From: Macrostomum hystrix
Lineage: Eukaryota > Animalia > Platyhelminthes
Length of the DNA stretch: 64,000 nt
Assembly (NCBI GenBank): GCA_950097015.1
Contig: CATNEN010000038.1
Span: 5,580,001-5,644,000, forward strand
Direction of reading: 5' to 3'
Notes under the pieces: model-generated
The model's database searches: none
Seen by the model: only the letters and a program-made list of their open reading frames with translations
What the model was told of the DNA's origin: nothing
Shown: positions 24,654-36,500 of the stretch, piece after piece
How the letters are laid out: every line of letters starts with the position of its first letter
How positions within the stretch are numbered: position 1 is the stretch's first letter
Position numbers and translations under genes: made by a program

Positions 24654-27600
24654 CTACTGTTGTTGTTGGTAGCTATGCTGCAGGCTAGCCGCATTCAGCA
24701 TGGTGGAGATTCTGTGCTGATCCTGCAGAAAAGCCGGCGGCAGCGGAATGGAATACGGCGACTGCAGCGGCCAGTTGGGCAGTGGCAGCTCTTCGTGGCG
24801 ACTTTGTGTCGGCATTGGAATTCCCGTGTGGCCTGAGCTGCTGCCTCCGAAGCCTCCGTAACTGGGCGAGGATGGGAAAGTGCAGGGAGGGGCCGGGCTG
24901 TTGACCGCAGCTGTTGGCGGCCAGCTGCTGCTGCTGCTGCTGCTAGCTGACTGAACCAGAGTCCCAAAACTGGGACCAAATGGGTGAGGCGGGTAGCCGG
25001 ACACCGGAAATGGTGCGCTGTTCGCTGCCAGACTGCCGGTGGCTGCTATGGAAGTTGAAGAGGCTGGTCTAGAGGGCTGCTGCTGCTGCTGCTGCTGTTC
25101 TGCATTTTTCGTAGGATTTGGACGCTTAGGGGGCGGCGGTCGTGCAGAACTATTCTGCAGGCTGGGTTGATCTTCATCGTCTGAGCTGTCCAACGTGATC
25201 ACTATAATGCCGTCTGGTCCGACGCTAGAGTCTGGCGCGGCTGCTGGTCTCTTCTTTGCGATCGTTGAAGCCGCAGGTGGACTTCGACGATTGCCCGCGT
25301 CGGATATTGACGGAGGCGCAGGCGGCTGAGGCGGCACCGCGACGGCCGAGTTGGGCGCGTCCTCGGTGAGGTCAACGGAGGTCACAGCATCAGAGGCTGT
25401 TGCCAGGCGCAGTTCGCTGTCAGCGCTGACGGGCACCCAGCCGCCGTCGGGCAGAAATCGCACGGTGTCGACCGGCTCGGCGGCGGCCCTGGCGGCCAGA
25501 ATGTCGCGGAAGAGCTCGTCAATGCGGAGCTCCGCCAGTGGCAGAGGCCGATCACAGCAGGGACAGCGCCAGCTTGACTTTCGCTCGTTCATCGACAGGA
25601 ACGAACCGGCGTCGAAGCACTGCAGATGCGGGCAAGAGAGGCCCCTGGCCGGTAGGCCGATCCGGCATCGGGTCAGCGGACAGCGGAGCGAGGCCGTCAG
25701 GTCCGTCAGGCTGACCTCGTCCCCTGCGCCGCCTCCGCCGAGCATTTCAACGATTCTGGCCTTGGTGCTGGCAGTGGCAATGGGGCTGAGCTGCAGCAGG
25801 CGCTCCGTGAGCTGCTGGGCAGTCAGCGCCCTGGCCAAACCGACTGTCACACAGTACCAGGCCGGCTGCTGCTGCTGCTTGCTCATCCTCTGCGGCGTGT
25901 CTTGCAGCCAGGTGACAGTCAGGCGGTTCAGCACCGCGTGAGAGATCCGGCAATGGCCTGCCATGGATAGGAATCAGTTAATACTGAGCTATTTTTCTAC
26001 CAGCACCAAAGGGTCGCATCAGCAACTTACCTGAGATATTGACAGGCCGGCCTGGCCTCACAGGGTCTGCATTCAGCCGGCAGGTGGGCAGCGGAGGCGG
26101 CAGGCTGTTGACCTGGTTGGCATTGACTGCCAGAGCAATGCCAGGCGGGAAGCTGTCCTGCAGTTCGCCGGGTCCGATCTTGAAACAGCGCAGCAGCACC
26201 TGGACACCGTATTCTGTGCGCTGACCGCCCGGCCTGCGGTAGCGGCCAAGAGCCACCGTCTCAGCCTGCTGACGGCTCAGCGAGAAGGTCAGCTCGACCG
26301 TCTGCTGACGATGATTCGGCCTGGTTGGCAGCAGAGCAGTCGGCTGCATCACCAGCTCCAGATGGTCGAAGAACGGATGCGGCTGCGGCGAGATGTCCAG
26401 ATGCTGCGGCATCGGCCGGGTCAGCTGGCTGACTGGGACCGCGGAGGCGGCAGCGGGGACGCCAGCTGGACGAGGCTGCGAGACTGCGGATATGTCAACA
26501 GAGAGCCATTAATTTGCTACATCTCCTGGAATATTCTATGGCCGAGTCTGCAAAGGGTCTGCAAACTCCTGTCCACAACTCACAATGCTCCCCTGAAACC
26601 GGCCCCCCAGCCTAAGTCCCTTCCAACCCCTCGTTTATTATCTCATCTCTCCCCTATTTGGCTAGGCCGTATTTATCTGTCTTTTAGGGGGCCTATCGTA
26701 TCTCTCCTCAGCCTTAAATCCTCTCATCACACCTATCTTATCTTTCCCCTAGGCCTATATCATCTCTCCCCAGTCTTATCCCGGATTATCTTTTCTCATC
26801 AATCCCCTATCTGATCTCATCTAGCTGTAAATCCGGCCCGTTGGTCGTTGCCTCTTCCAACACCGATACTATAGTATCCTGTCTCATCCTTTTCTCTCAT
26901 ATTCCTACAGTTAATGCGGCCTGCTGTCGTCTTTTAGGCTCTCTCAATGGCCCACACGCTGATAAGTTTGCCGACCCTACCCTATCTTTCTGTTTAGGTT
27001 AAGCCTAAATCCTTATTACGAGCCTGGCCCCTACCATCTGAATGTGACGTTGAGCTAAAATAACACTACTCTACTCACCCATCGAGCTGTTGCTAACAGG
27101 CATCGGCATCGGTAGGCCAGGATTGGCCATCGCAGGATTCAAGGGCCTTCGCTGGCCAAAGCCGGCGGCGGGGGTTGTCGATGCCAACGCCGAGTTGGTC
27201 GGCGGCGGCGCCAAGTGATGATGAAATCGCAGGGCTCCGGCTGGGAGCGAAGCGAGAGAGCCGTGGTATGCGGATGCCTGTGCTGCCTGCATATGTTGCT
27301 GTTGCTGCTGCTGCTGCTGCATTCCTGACAATTTCACATGAGAGAATGAGCCGCCATTGGGCTTTGGCACACTGTTGACAAAACCGTTCTTTCGGCCTAC
27401 AGCTGGGGAAGCCGGCGTTGCAGCTGAAGAAGTCGAAGCAGAAGCATACACAGAAGCTTGAGCAGGAGCAGTTGTCGGCATTCGAGGCAGTTGAGTGGGT
27501 AATTGCGTTGGCATTGCGCCTGCAGATCCCACGAAGCCGATTTGGGGGCCGCCGCCCACGCGTGATGCCGCAGCGGCAGCATTGCTAGCATTTAGCATCT

Positions 27601-27739
27601 CGCTTCGCCGCCGATCGATTGTCTCGAGCATTCTGCGACGAGACTCCTGAATGCTGTATCCACCAGTTGACATTGGCGTTCTGGACGCAGATAAGCTGCT
27701 AGTGCTAGACATATTCATATTGCTTGGCTGTTGACTCAT
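24654..27739 (-). CDS. PIAS: PIAS-family SUMO E3 ligase (PINIT + SP-RING + SIM), 3 coding exons
   Basis: Exons 27739-27079, 26483-26031, 25957-24654 (phase 1/1). PINIT-like RPVNIS; SP-RING LRCPLTRCRIGLPARGLSCPHLQCFD...WRCPCC; SIM IIVITLDSSDDED. Confidence 0.88.
26551..26978. mobile_element. Degenerate hAT-type MITE, same family as 51036-51415, opposite orientation
   Basis: Shared blocks AAATCCGGCCCGTTG, AGTATCCTGT, CTACAGTTAATGCGGCC; ends GGGTCTGCAAACT / AGTTTGCCGACCCT. Confidence 0.65.
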
Positions 27740-29226
27740 TTCATGTGGCCTTTAGTAGTTTTTCTAAAACTTTGCTTTGTGAAGTTAAATTTTATTGTTA
27801 AGAATAGAAGTCTGAAGAACCAGCCTTTTCTTGTTTGCATGTAGGCTGATACAGTGGCTCTGCCTCTGACTCTGACTCGAGTGAGGTTTGGTTTGAAGAG
27901 GGTAAGAAGGGAAGAAATGCAGGTTTTTACGATACGGTCGGACTATAGATCTCTTTCTATAGATCTCAAGGTCATTTACCCTAGGCTAAACTCTTTCACC
28001 CTATGACTAAATGTCTCGTGACAAGACCCTCCTCCAATAGCAAGCCAGTCAGCGCGCAATCTATAGTCTAACAAAAGCACGCAGGCTCTGCGTGATTATT
28101 CTAGAGTGGAAATTTCCTAGCCAAAGCTGAAAATTCCACCCACTAGAGGCGCGGATCGATAAGAAAAACGAAGGGTAGGGGGTAAGGCTAGGAGTGAAAT
28201 GAGGGTTCTGTGTCTGACTCGTGTGGGCCTGCGTGGAATAGGAGGGTTTGTAGGGTTTGGAGCTAGCTGTGGGGGGGAAGAAAGCTGAGGACAGACTGGC
28301 GAGCAAGGCCTGTATGTACACTGAGGCCATGGGCGGTAGGGGACAGTGCGCAATGGAGGTGATGAGTGTGAGGGTAGGTCTTTTGGATAGACTGGAGAGA
28401 AGGGAAGGGTGGTGAGGTAAAGAATAATTACAGAGTAAGGGTATGGAGAGAGAAGCGATGGGGTGGAGGTCACTGCAGGGGAGTGAAGGCCAGTGTCGGC
28501 CTGCCACTGAGAGACGCGGCCCCACGCGGGGTGAAGGGAGGGGAAGAGGAGGCAGACACATCTAGCTAGTCTATAGATCGGTGGAGTTAGCAAGACCAAG
28601 GGCAGAACTAGACTAGTTGGAGAGAATATGAGAATTTCGCAGGGTAAGCGAAATATATTTTTACCCTCTTAGCCTGAAGCCCTAAGCAAGGCAAAGGCCA
28701 TTTTCGCGATTCAGTCTTAGCCCCGAGACTTTAATTAAATAATAATTTTTCATGCTATGCCACTAATGCCAGCTATTTTAGCCATTAGCCACTCAACTCA
28801 CCCAGAATTAACTATTAGGAAATGGCTTAGCACCCAATGTTTGGCGATCGACGAAGTAATTTTTTCTAAGATTAAAGTACAACGTGCAAAAAATGTTTTA
28901 TTTTAATTAAATAATTTAAATCTGTTACGAGAAAACTTTTTTGGTTGATTTAGTAACACAACAGCTTATAGTTATACTATAAACTAATGTTTCATGTAAT
29001 TTGTACTTTAATAACTGGACCCTGGTTTAAAGGCTTTTCTACGGTACAGCACTAAACAGTAAACACTATTGTGCAAAGTAATTTAAACAGATTAGAACTT
29101 TAAAATGTTTAAAACCACTGCAAATTTAAATAAAGCTGTTCATCAGGTTTGCTACGTGTGATCAAGTTTATTATATTTCTCTTTCGGTTTGCTACGGACT
29201 GCTGTTTCTAAAAGTACAATTCAGCA

Positions 29227-30601
29227 TCAGTTGTTGTTAATGTTCCTGCAGTGCGCGGTGTTGACCGGCTCGCAGACGCCCGGATGACTCAGGCCGGTGG
29301 TCTGGGGCGGCGACGCGCCAATCGTCCACACGCAGTTGGGATCGCCCAGCTCAACTCCGTTAGACTTGCCGTCTTGGTCGGAGTCGGCTTGGCAGAGACC
29401 GCGTGTCCAGGCCTTTTATTGATTAGAGTTTTCAATGCGCTTCAATTGATTATGTGATGCACTCTAAAGCTCTTTAATACGAAGGTTAAAAAATACTAAT
29501 AGCAAAGTGTGGAATTATTGAGTCGGCATACTTATTAGACAATCAAGTTTTTGCAAAACCATAACGCGTCTTATTTTTTATGAGCTTAGACTCGTATTCT
29601 CATGTTGTTACTATGAGTAGCGATGCCTCATCGACATTCGGGGTGGAGAAATGTTAAAGGTTGTATTTTAAAGCTAGATCGTGATGAGATAATTATTTTT
29701 TACAATGTCGTGAATTATTCTTTGACTCAATATTCTGATAAGTGTAACGAATATATGGTAATTGAACTCGTTAATGAAGTGTGACTCGCACATAGGATAA
29801 TATTACCACCTTACGGCTAGAAATTATTTAATAGCACGCGAAAGGAAAACTATAACCTTATGTAACAACAAAGCGCCAATTTTACGCTTGTGTTACTTTT
29901 TTAGATAAATAATTATTACTAATAACTTGAAAATTACACCACATCGCTCCTTACATCCTCAGACAAGTAAGCTCAGTTGCAACAAACGTTAAAGAGAAGA
30001 CATAATAATAATAATAATAATAATAATTACAGGAGGGCTGCGGGCAAAGGCACATCATTTGGTGACACCAGACCCGCAGCCAGCGAGGAGGCAATTCTGC
30101 CCATTTCGCTGACTCCTGAGGACAGACAGATACCGTACGCAGGCACGAACTCACACAGGTGTGTACATCTGGCCTCACTTTCTCATCGTCAGGCAGTGCA
30201 GACTCTCACTGTGCCTTGGAGGTTGGCCCTCAAGGGCGTAAATTGCACGACAAGCCCGCAAGCCTTCTCTCCGCGGCTGCGCCCCAAATGAATGTGGCCT
30301 TGCCGCGGAATCGAGCTCAGGGACCTTGGTGCGAGAGGCGTTAACCGCTCTGACACTCAGGCCCTCAAAAGAAGACGCAGCTTACATAATTGTTCAGCTC
30401 GAAGTCCTCCCCGAATCCGTTGCGCATGCCGGCGCCCTCCTTGTTCCGGTGACCCACACCGGGCCAGATGCTGCCAGGATTGAAGGGATCAGGGACTCTG
30501 TTACCGTTGGGGATTCTGGCCTGGTAGGTGCGCCGAGCATCAGACTGAGCAGCTAGCAGGCATGCCAGCAGTGCTACAGCGAGAACAATAGAGTTGTACA
30601 T
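29227..30601 (-). CDS. Secreted temptin-like protein, 133 aa, 2 exons
   Basis: Exons 30601-30386 and 29412-29227. Signal peptide, then YQARIPNGNRVPDP...GVGH...RNGFGEDF and WTRGLCQADSDQDGKSNGVELGDPNCVW...LSHPG, matching the Aplysia temptin / copper-monooxygenase N-terminal domain. Confidence 0.9.
30003..30366 (-). mobile_element. SINE family A in the temptin intron
   Basis: Homology to other copies; (ATT)n tail at 30003-30029. Confidence 0.88.
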
Positions 30602-30675
30602 GGCCGAATCAGATACAGAGTGTCAAATTGCTTTTTTATTTCTTTTATTGACGATTGGTGTCTGATTTTGCGGCA

Positions 30676-30682
30676 TTATATA
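30676..30682 (-). promoter_or_regulatory. Candidate TATA box (TATATAA) of the temptin-like gene
   Basis: GGCTATATAATGCC on the minus strand, ~75 nt upstream of the ATG. Confidence 0.5.
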
Positions 30683-31597
30683 GCCGCACTTAACATGTAC
30701 TTGCCGCGGAGCAACCACACCGTATGGCTGCCTGTTATCGGTTACTCAGTAGAAATGCGGGCTGGGAGGTTCTGCATGACTTGTTGTAAATGAACTGCTG
30801 AAAATGTGTGAGACGGTTGCACATTCACAATCTGAGTCTATGGTTCTCAAACGCCACTATCCCCCCACCCCAACCGACTACGAAGAGCCCATAACGCAAA
30901 TGTCGAGTTTCGCACGCTGGGTCTGCATTAGCTGGACTAAAAGTTCAGTAACGTTAGAGAATGCTTAATTGTTAGAGCCACGTATACGTACGAGTATAGC
31001 AGAGTTTCTATACAAGTCTATCTTATATCCACTCACACTATCCACTCACATTAATCTACTCACACTGTATCCACTCACACTCCATCAGTCCATACTAATC
31101 TACGCTCCATCAACCTAACACTATTTTCAACCTATTTAGCAATCACTGTTATTGACAGGAAGTATTAAGAAGAGAAATCCACCTACTCTTGACCCGGGTT
31201 GGGGAGCAGAAAACAAGCGGTGTTCTGGCCATAGACAAAAATCCTGATCCAATAAGCCAATTTTAGCCTCTCGATGGCGAGAGCGACGGTTGCCAAATAT
31301 TTGACCGCAATCGAGAATATTAATAATGACAGAGACCGGGGAACTGGGGACTGCGCGGATGGGACGGCTCGGGGTTGCTGGGAATCAGCAGAGCCAATCA
31401 CGGCAACTGCCAAGGCACTTGTTTGAGGAGACCATTCCAGCTGAAATCCCAACGGACCGATTCCACTGTAGAACCGAGTCCACACTCTTCACTGGTTACT
31501 TTAACGCTGCAATTTAGCGTTACAATTTCCCGAGAGCAGCTTGGATCCTAGCTGACAACGATCACTGCCAGGACATTTATCACCCAGCTGGGAGACC

Positions 31598-33120
31598 ATG
31601 CGACCGTCAGTCAGGACGGTGGACAAGAGCATCCTGGTGATCTGCGCCTGCGGACTGGCCGCTGCCATCATCGGCATCTCGCGACTGTCCACCTGGCCAA
31701 TTGTGATGGAGGAGGATCACTCGGGAGAGTGTGAGTTCCGTCTGGGTCAGGGAGAATTGCGGGTCGAGAAAAATTGCGGGTCGAGAAAAATTGTGGGTCG
31801 AGAATAATTGTGGTTCGATGAGAATTGTGGGTCGATGAGAATTGTGGGTCGAGGAGAATTGTGGATCGAGGAGAATTTTGGGTCGATGAGAATTGTGGGT
31901 CAAGGACAATTGTGGGTCGATGAGAATTGTGGGTCGAGGAGAATTGTGGGTCGAGGAGAATTGTGGGTCAAGGAGAATTGTGGGTCAGTGAGAATTGTGG
32001 GTCGAGAATAATTGTGGGTCAAGGAGAATTGTGGGTCAGTGAGAATTGTGGGTCGAGAATAATTGTGGGTCGATGAGAATTGTGGGTTGAGGAGAATCGT
32101 GGGTCGAGAAGAATTGTGGATCAAGGACAATTGCGGGTCGATGAGAATTTTGGTTCGATGAGAATTGTGGATCAAGGACAATTGTGGGTCGAGGAGAATT
32201 GTGGGTCGAGGAGAATTGTGGGTCGAGAATAATTGTGAGTCGAGAATATTTGCGGGTCGAGAAGAATTGTGGGTCGAGACAAATTTTGGGTCGATGAGAA
32301 TTGTGGGCCAAGGACAATTGTGGGTCGATGAGAACTGTGGGTCGATGAGAATTGTGGGTCAGGGACAATCAAACGAGACTCAAGAGACTCAAACAAAATT
32401 TTCAATCGGGAGATTTGTAAACTCGGATCGATAAGTCGGGTCGGGTTACATAACTTTTTATTGACATGATTTCTGAAGAACTATAATCTCCCAAATCGCA
32501 GCGGATTTCACAAAGACGAAGGCTGCGTTTATCATAGGCCTGGTAGCATCTGCAGGCTCTCTATGCATCGGCATTGTGCGAATGCGACTGGAGAGGTGCG
32601 CCCGGAGCAAGACTCTGCGCATGATGTTCGTCAGCTGTCTGCTGGCTTCTTGTGAGTCACGAGGGAGTTTCAAAAAAGATCGCTTCTGGGCGATCTGAAG
32701 CTATGAATAATAACTTCTGCCAGAATTCTCTTCTCTTCAACAACTGGGCATCAAGGTCTCCCGTTCTCTACCCGTCCACCCTCATATTGCGCCCAATCCA
32801 ATTATGCAGTTCTTTGCCTACTGGTGGCTGTGGCAGTCTGGGGCGACTTCATCAACCACGGGGAGCGCAACTTGCTGCACCGCAATGTGCTGCCCTGGTC
32901 CTACTGGGTTGCGGTGGCCGCCTCCGTGCTGCAGTTCCTCGCTTTTTTGTTATACATCATTCGCTCCGACTTCAAGGAGGACCCGGCAACCACTGCCGCG
33001 TCAGCAGCAGCCGCCAGGACCGCATCGGCGATGGGCAGTCGGCAGATGCAGAGCCTCACAGCCGCTGACTGCAACGAGCTGGGAGACCTGGAGCACAGCG
33101 GTGGCAGAATGTTCGTGTGA
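31598..33120 (+). CDS. Four-TM claudin/PMP22-superfamily-like membrane protein, ~197 aa, 3 exons
   Basis: Exons 31598-31730, 32502-32651, 32810-33120 (phase 1/1). Four hydrophobic segments; PWSYWVAVAAS pre-TM4 motif. Confidence 0.75.
31750..32368. repeat. 17-bp minisatellite (GAGAATTGTGGGTCGAG)n
   Basis: Direct reading; starts ~20 nt after the donor. Confidence 0.93.
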
Positions 33121-33583
33121 ACTAACTTGAAGGATTCTATCAGAATATTTAACTTCTGTTCTGTTGTTCAGCCCGCAATTCACATAACTGACAAAGTTCC
33201 GGTTGTATCACTTTCTCAATCAGCACCAGTTGCAATTTAAACGGTAAGTGTTGGACCAAACTAAATAGCTTCTGCAATGACGCTCAAGTACGATAATGCA
33301 AAATTTGACACGTTACGAGCTGCTATTCGAAGATAATCTAATTCTTGAGTCCCATTGATAGACTTTCGGATTGCTAATGATTAGTTCATTAGTTCATGAT
33401 TGGACAAGTAGTTATGTCACTTTTGTCAGAAAAGTACACATGTTCACACAATGTTAACTTCTTGATAACGGTCAATCAAATAGTCAATCATCGAACTTTT
33501 AAACGATAGTCTTGGTCTATATTAGTTTGAATATTGCAGTGGTTTCTCAAGCAGAGACGGCGGAGAACTCGGGTCCTGGCGGG

Positions 33584-36500
33584 TCAGGCGCGACCATCGC
33601 CAGAGTCTCGGATCACTGTTCGCGATGTGTCAGGCCTGGTGGCCGAGAATACTGAGGTGTACACGGTGTGGCTGGAATTGGAGGCCGATAATTAGTCAGG
33701 GACTTCAAGGAAACTCTAAGAACCCTCGCCTGACCACCTCATTGAAGTCCGCCTGAGGCAAAACAGATTTTAGTTTTCACTCGATTCGGGCATTTTTCAA
33801 ACGATTTGGGAAAATTTCCACTTCATTTGAGCAGACTGACGGACTATTCCATTTGGTCGAAACCCTTTGAAACTCAACTCGAGAACAAGCAGGATATGAA
33901 GCTAAGAAAACATGCTCCAACCGGACCAAAAAGTCATCGCGTCTCCATGCTTAGTAAAATTTTCTCCCCTGTCAAGACACCATGCATGCACAGCGTCGTG
34001 CACGAGACGCTGCAATCAGCTGAAGTCTGTTTTGATGGTGAGTTCGGACTTCAGCTTCCGCCGCAGGTCGATCACACAAGCCACTGACACAATTTCTGCT
34101 GACGAAAGACTGGGCTTCATTGCTGCTTTCATGAAGCAACCAGCTCAATGGTTTCTAACCACAAGGGAGAGTCAAATTGAGTGAAAATATGCCCAGGTGT
34201 GCATGCGTGAAATAATGCTTATTTTGGACCCGACGTTGCACTGACGCGATCATGATGTCATCTGGGAAAATCGTCGAGAATGACTCGAGTTTCTGATCTG
34301 TTCTAATATATATAGTTAATTAACTCTTAGATAAACGAGCAGCCGTGACTCACTTGTTATTGACTGGCTGCACTGACAGCACGTCGAAGAGGCCGTCCAA
34401 GCTCAAACGACTCTGCCCCAAAGCGTTCATGGCTTGAATAGCGGGGTCACTGAAATGCGGGGCAATTTCACAGAGTCAGCCAAAGAAATATAGTTACTCC
34501 GACTAATTGAGAAATTTTAAATAGGCAGCCTGGACTAATAAAAACTCTACCGCCTGTTGTCGTCTGGCGGCGGAGGCAGCCAGGGGTCGTAGTTGGTCTC
34601 CACAATGAACCACCTGCAGGGTGTGAGCAGTGCCAGAATTTAAGTATATTTTCAGTTACTCGTAAATCTACTTTTATTTTACTTGCGTCTAAAAGAGGTC
34701 GAGCTAAAATGAAAAATCTCCTCACTCAGGTGTGTAAATCTATCTGTCAAGACGTTCTCATCGTCAGACAGTTTGCATTCTCACTGTACCTTGGAGGTTG
34801 GCCCTCATCGGCGAAAATCCCACAGCAGGCCCAAAGCCTTTGCTACGCGGCTGCGCCCCAAATGAATGTGGCCTTGCCGCGAGTTTGAACGCAGAGGAGC
34901 TTGACACGATAACCGGGCAACGCGAAAACGCGTTTGCCTCTCGCACCAAGGTCCCTGAGCTCGATTCCGCGGCGAGGCCACATTCATTTGGGGCGCAGCC
35001 GCAGAGAGAAGGCTTGCGGGCTTGTCGTTCAATTTACGCCCTTGAGGGCCAACCTCCAAGGCACAGTGAGTGTACACTGCCTGACGATGAGAAAGTCAGG
35101 GCAGATGTACACACCTGTGTGAGCGTGTGCCTGCGTACAGTATTTTTGTGCGTGTGTTCTCAGAAGTCAGCGAAATGGGCAGAATTGCCTCCTCAATCGA
35201 TGCGGGTCCAGCGTCACCAAATGAAGTGCCTTTGCCTGCAGCCCTTCTGTAATTATTATTATTGTTATTGCTCAGCGCGATGCAACGACGTTCTGAAAGC
35301 ACTCACTTGCCAGACTTCTGATTCAATTGGTTCGTGCCGAGTGTCTTGTACTGACTGCGTACGAGCACAATGCCCTGGTCGGTGCTGTTGCCGGAGATTA
35401 TATAGTAAACCGGAGCGATCAGCTGCGCAGTGGAGAGTCGGCTAACCACACTTGAAAAATCAGTGTCCTGCTCGAATGCCTGCGAGCAACGATGAAGCAG
35501 AGTGTGTTTTGCTGAACTCAAACAGTCCGACAGCAACGCAGTGAAAAAAATATTGTATTATTAGAGAAAGAGCCCTGATTTCAGTGAGAAATGGCATCTC
35601 ATTTCAGTGAGAAATGGCACCTCAGTCATACAGTCATACAGTCATACAGTCATATAGTCATACAGTCATACAGTCATACTCTATATTAGTTGTAATTTTA
35701 GATGTAAATCATGTTTGCAACACTGGACACGAGTATATATAGCGCAAAGCATGTTTATTTCGAAATAAAAATTCAATACCATTTGATTAAAATTCATCAG
35801 GGCTCTCAGGTGTGTGTCGGTGTGTGTGAATTGCAGCTGAATTTTAAGACAGAAGGTTCGATTGAAAATTGCATTGTTTTCTCAGAGTAGGCAAAAACCT
35901 ACTCAGTTCCAAACAAATGCAGCAATAGCAGGCTGTCACAATGCACCATTCTCGGCAGCTGCTCAGTGAGGTGAAGCGATTTTTAATCCTTTCCTAGAAA
36001 CCCTCATTTAAAAAACGCGAAACGATGCGGGCCGGCCGGGTATTATTCCAGATTTTTCCCGAGTGAATGCGGGGTCTGAGTGGCGCAATGTGAGTCAAAG
36101 CAAAATGTCTTGTCAATGGCATGCAAATCATTTTACCATTGCTGCTTTAGAAATTGCTGCTTATTCATTACTGAGCTAGCTTTAAATATAGATAGCTAGA
36201 ATTTTTACATAGATGTACTTTAAAGTGGAGTGTCAGGGTGGGCAGTGGAGTGTCAGGGTAGGCAGTGGAGTGTCAGGGTAGGCAGTGGAGTGTCAGGGTA
36301 GGCAGTGAAGTGTCAGGGTAGGCAGTGGAGTGTGTGTCAGGGTAGGCAGTGGAGTGTCAGGGTAGGCAGTGGAGTGTGTGTCAGGGTAGGCAGAGGAGTG
36401 TGTGTCAGGGTAGGCAGTGAAGTGTATCTCAGGGTAGGCAGTGGAGTGTGTGTCAGGGTAGGCAGTGGAGTGTCAGGGTAGGCAGTGAAGTGTGTGTCAG

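Noticed and set aside
28061-28599. Two ~160-aa minus-strand ORFs upstream of PIAS
   Set aside because: Purine/pyrimidine-skewed low-complexity sequence with no recognisable domain or consistent splice pattern
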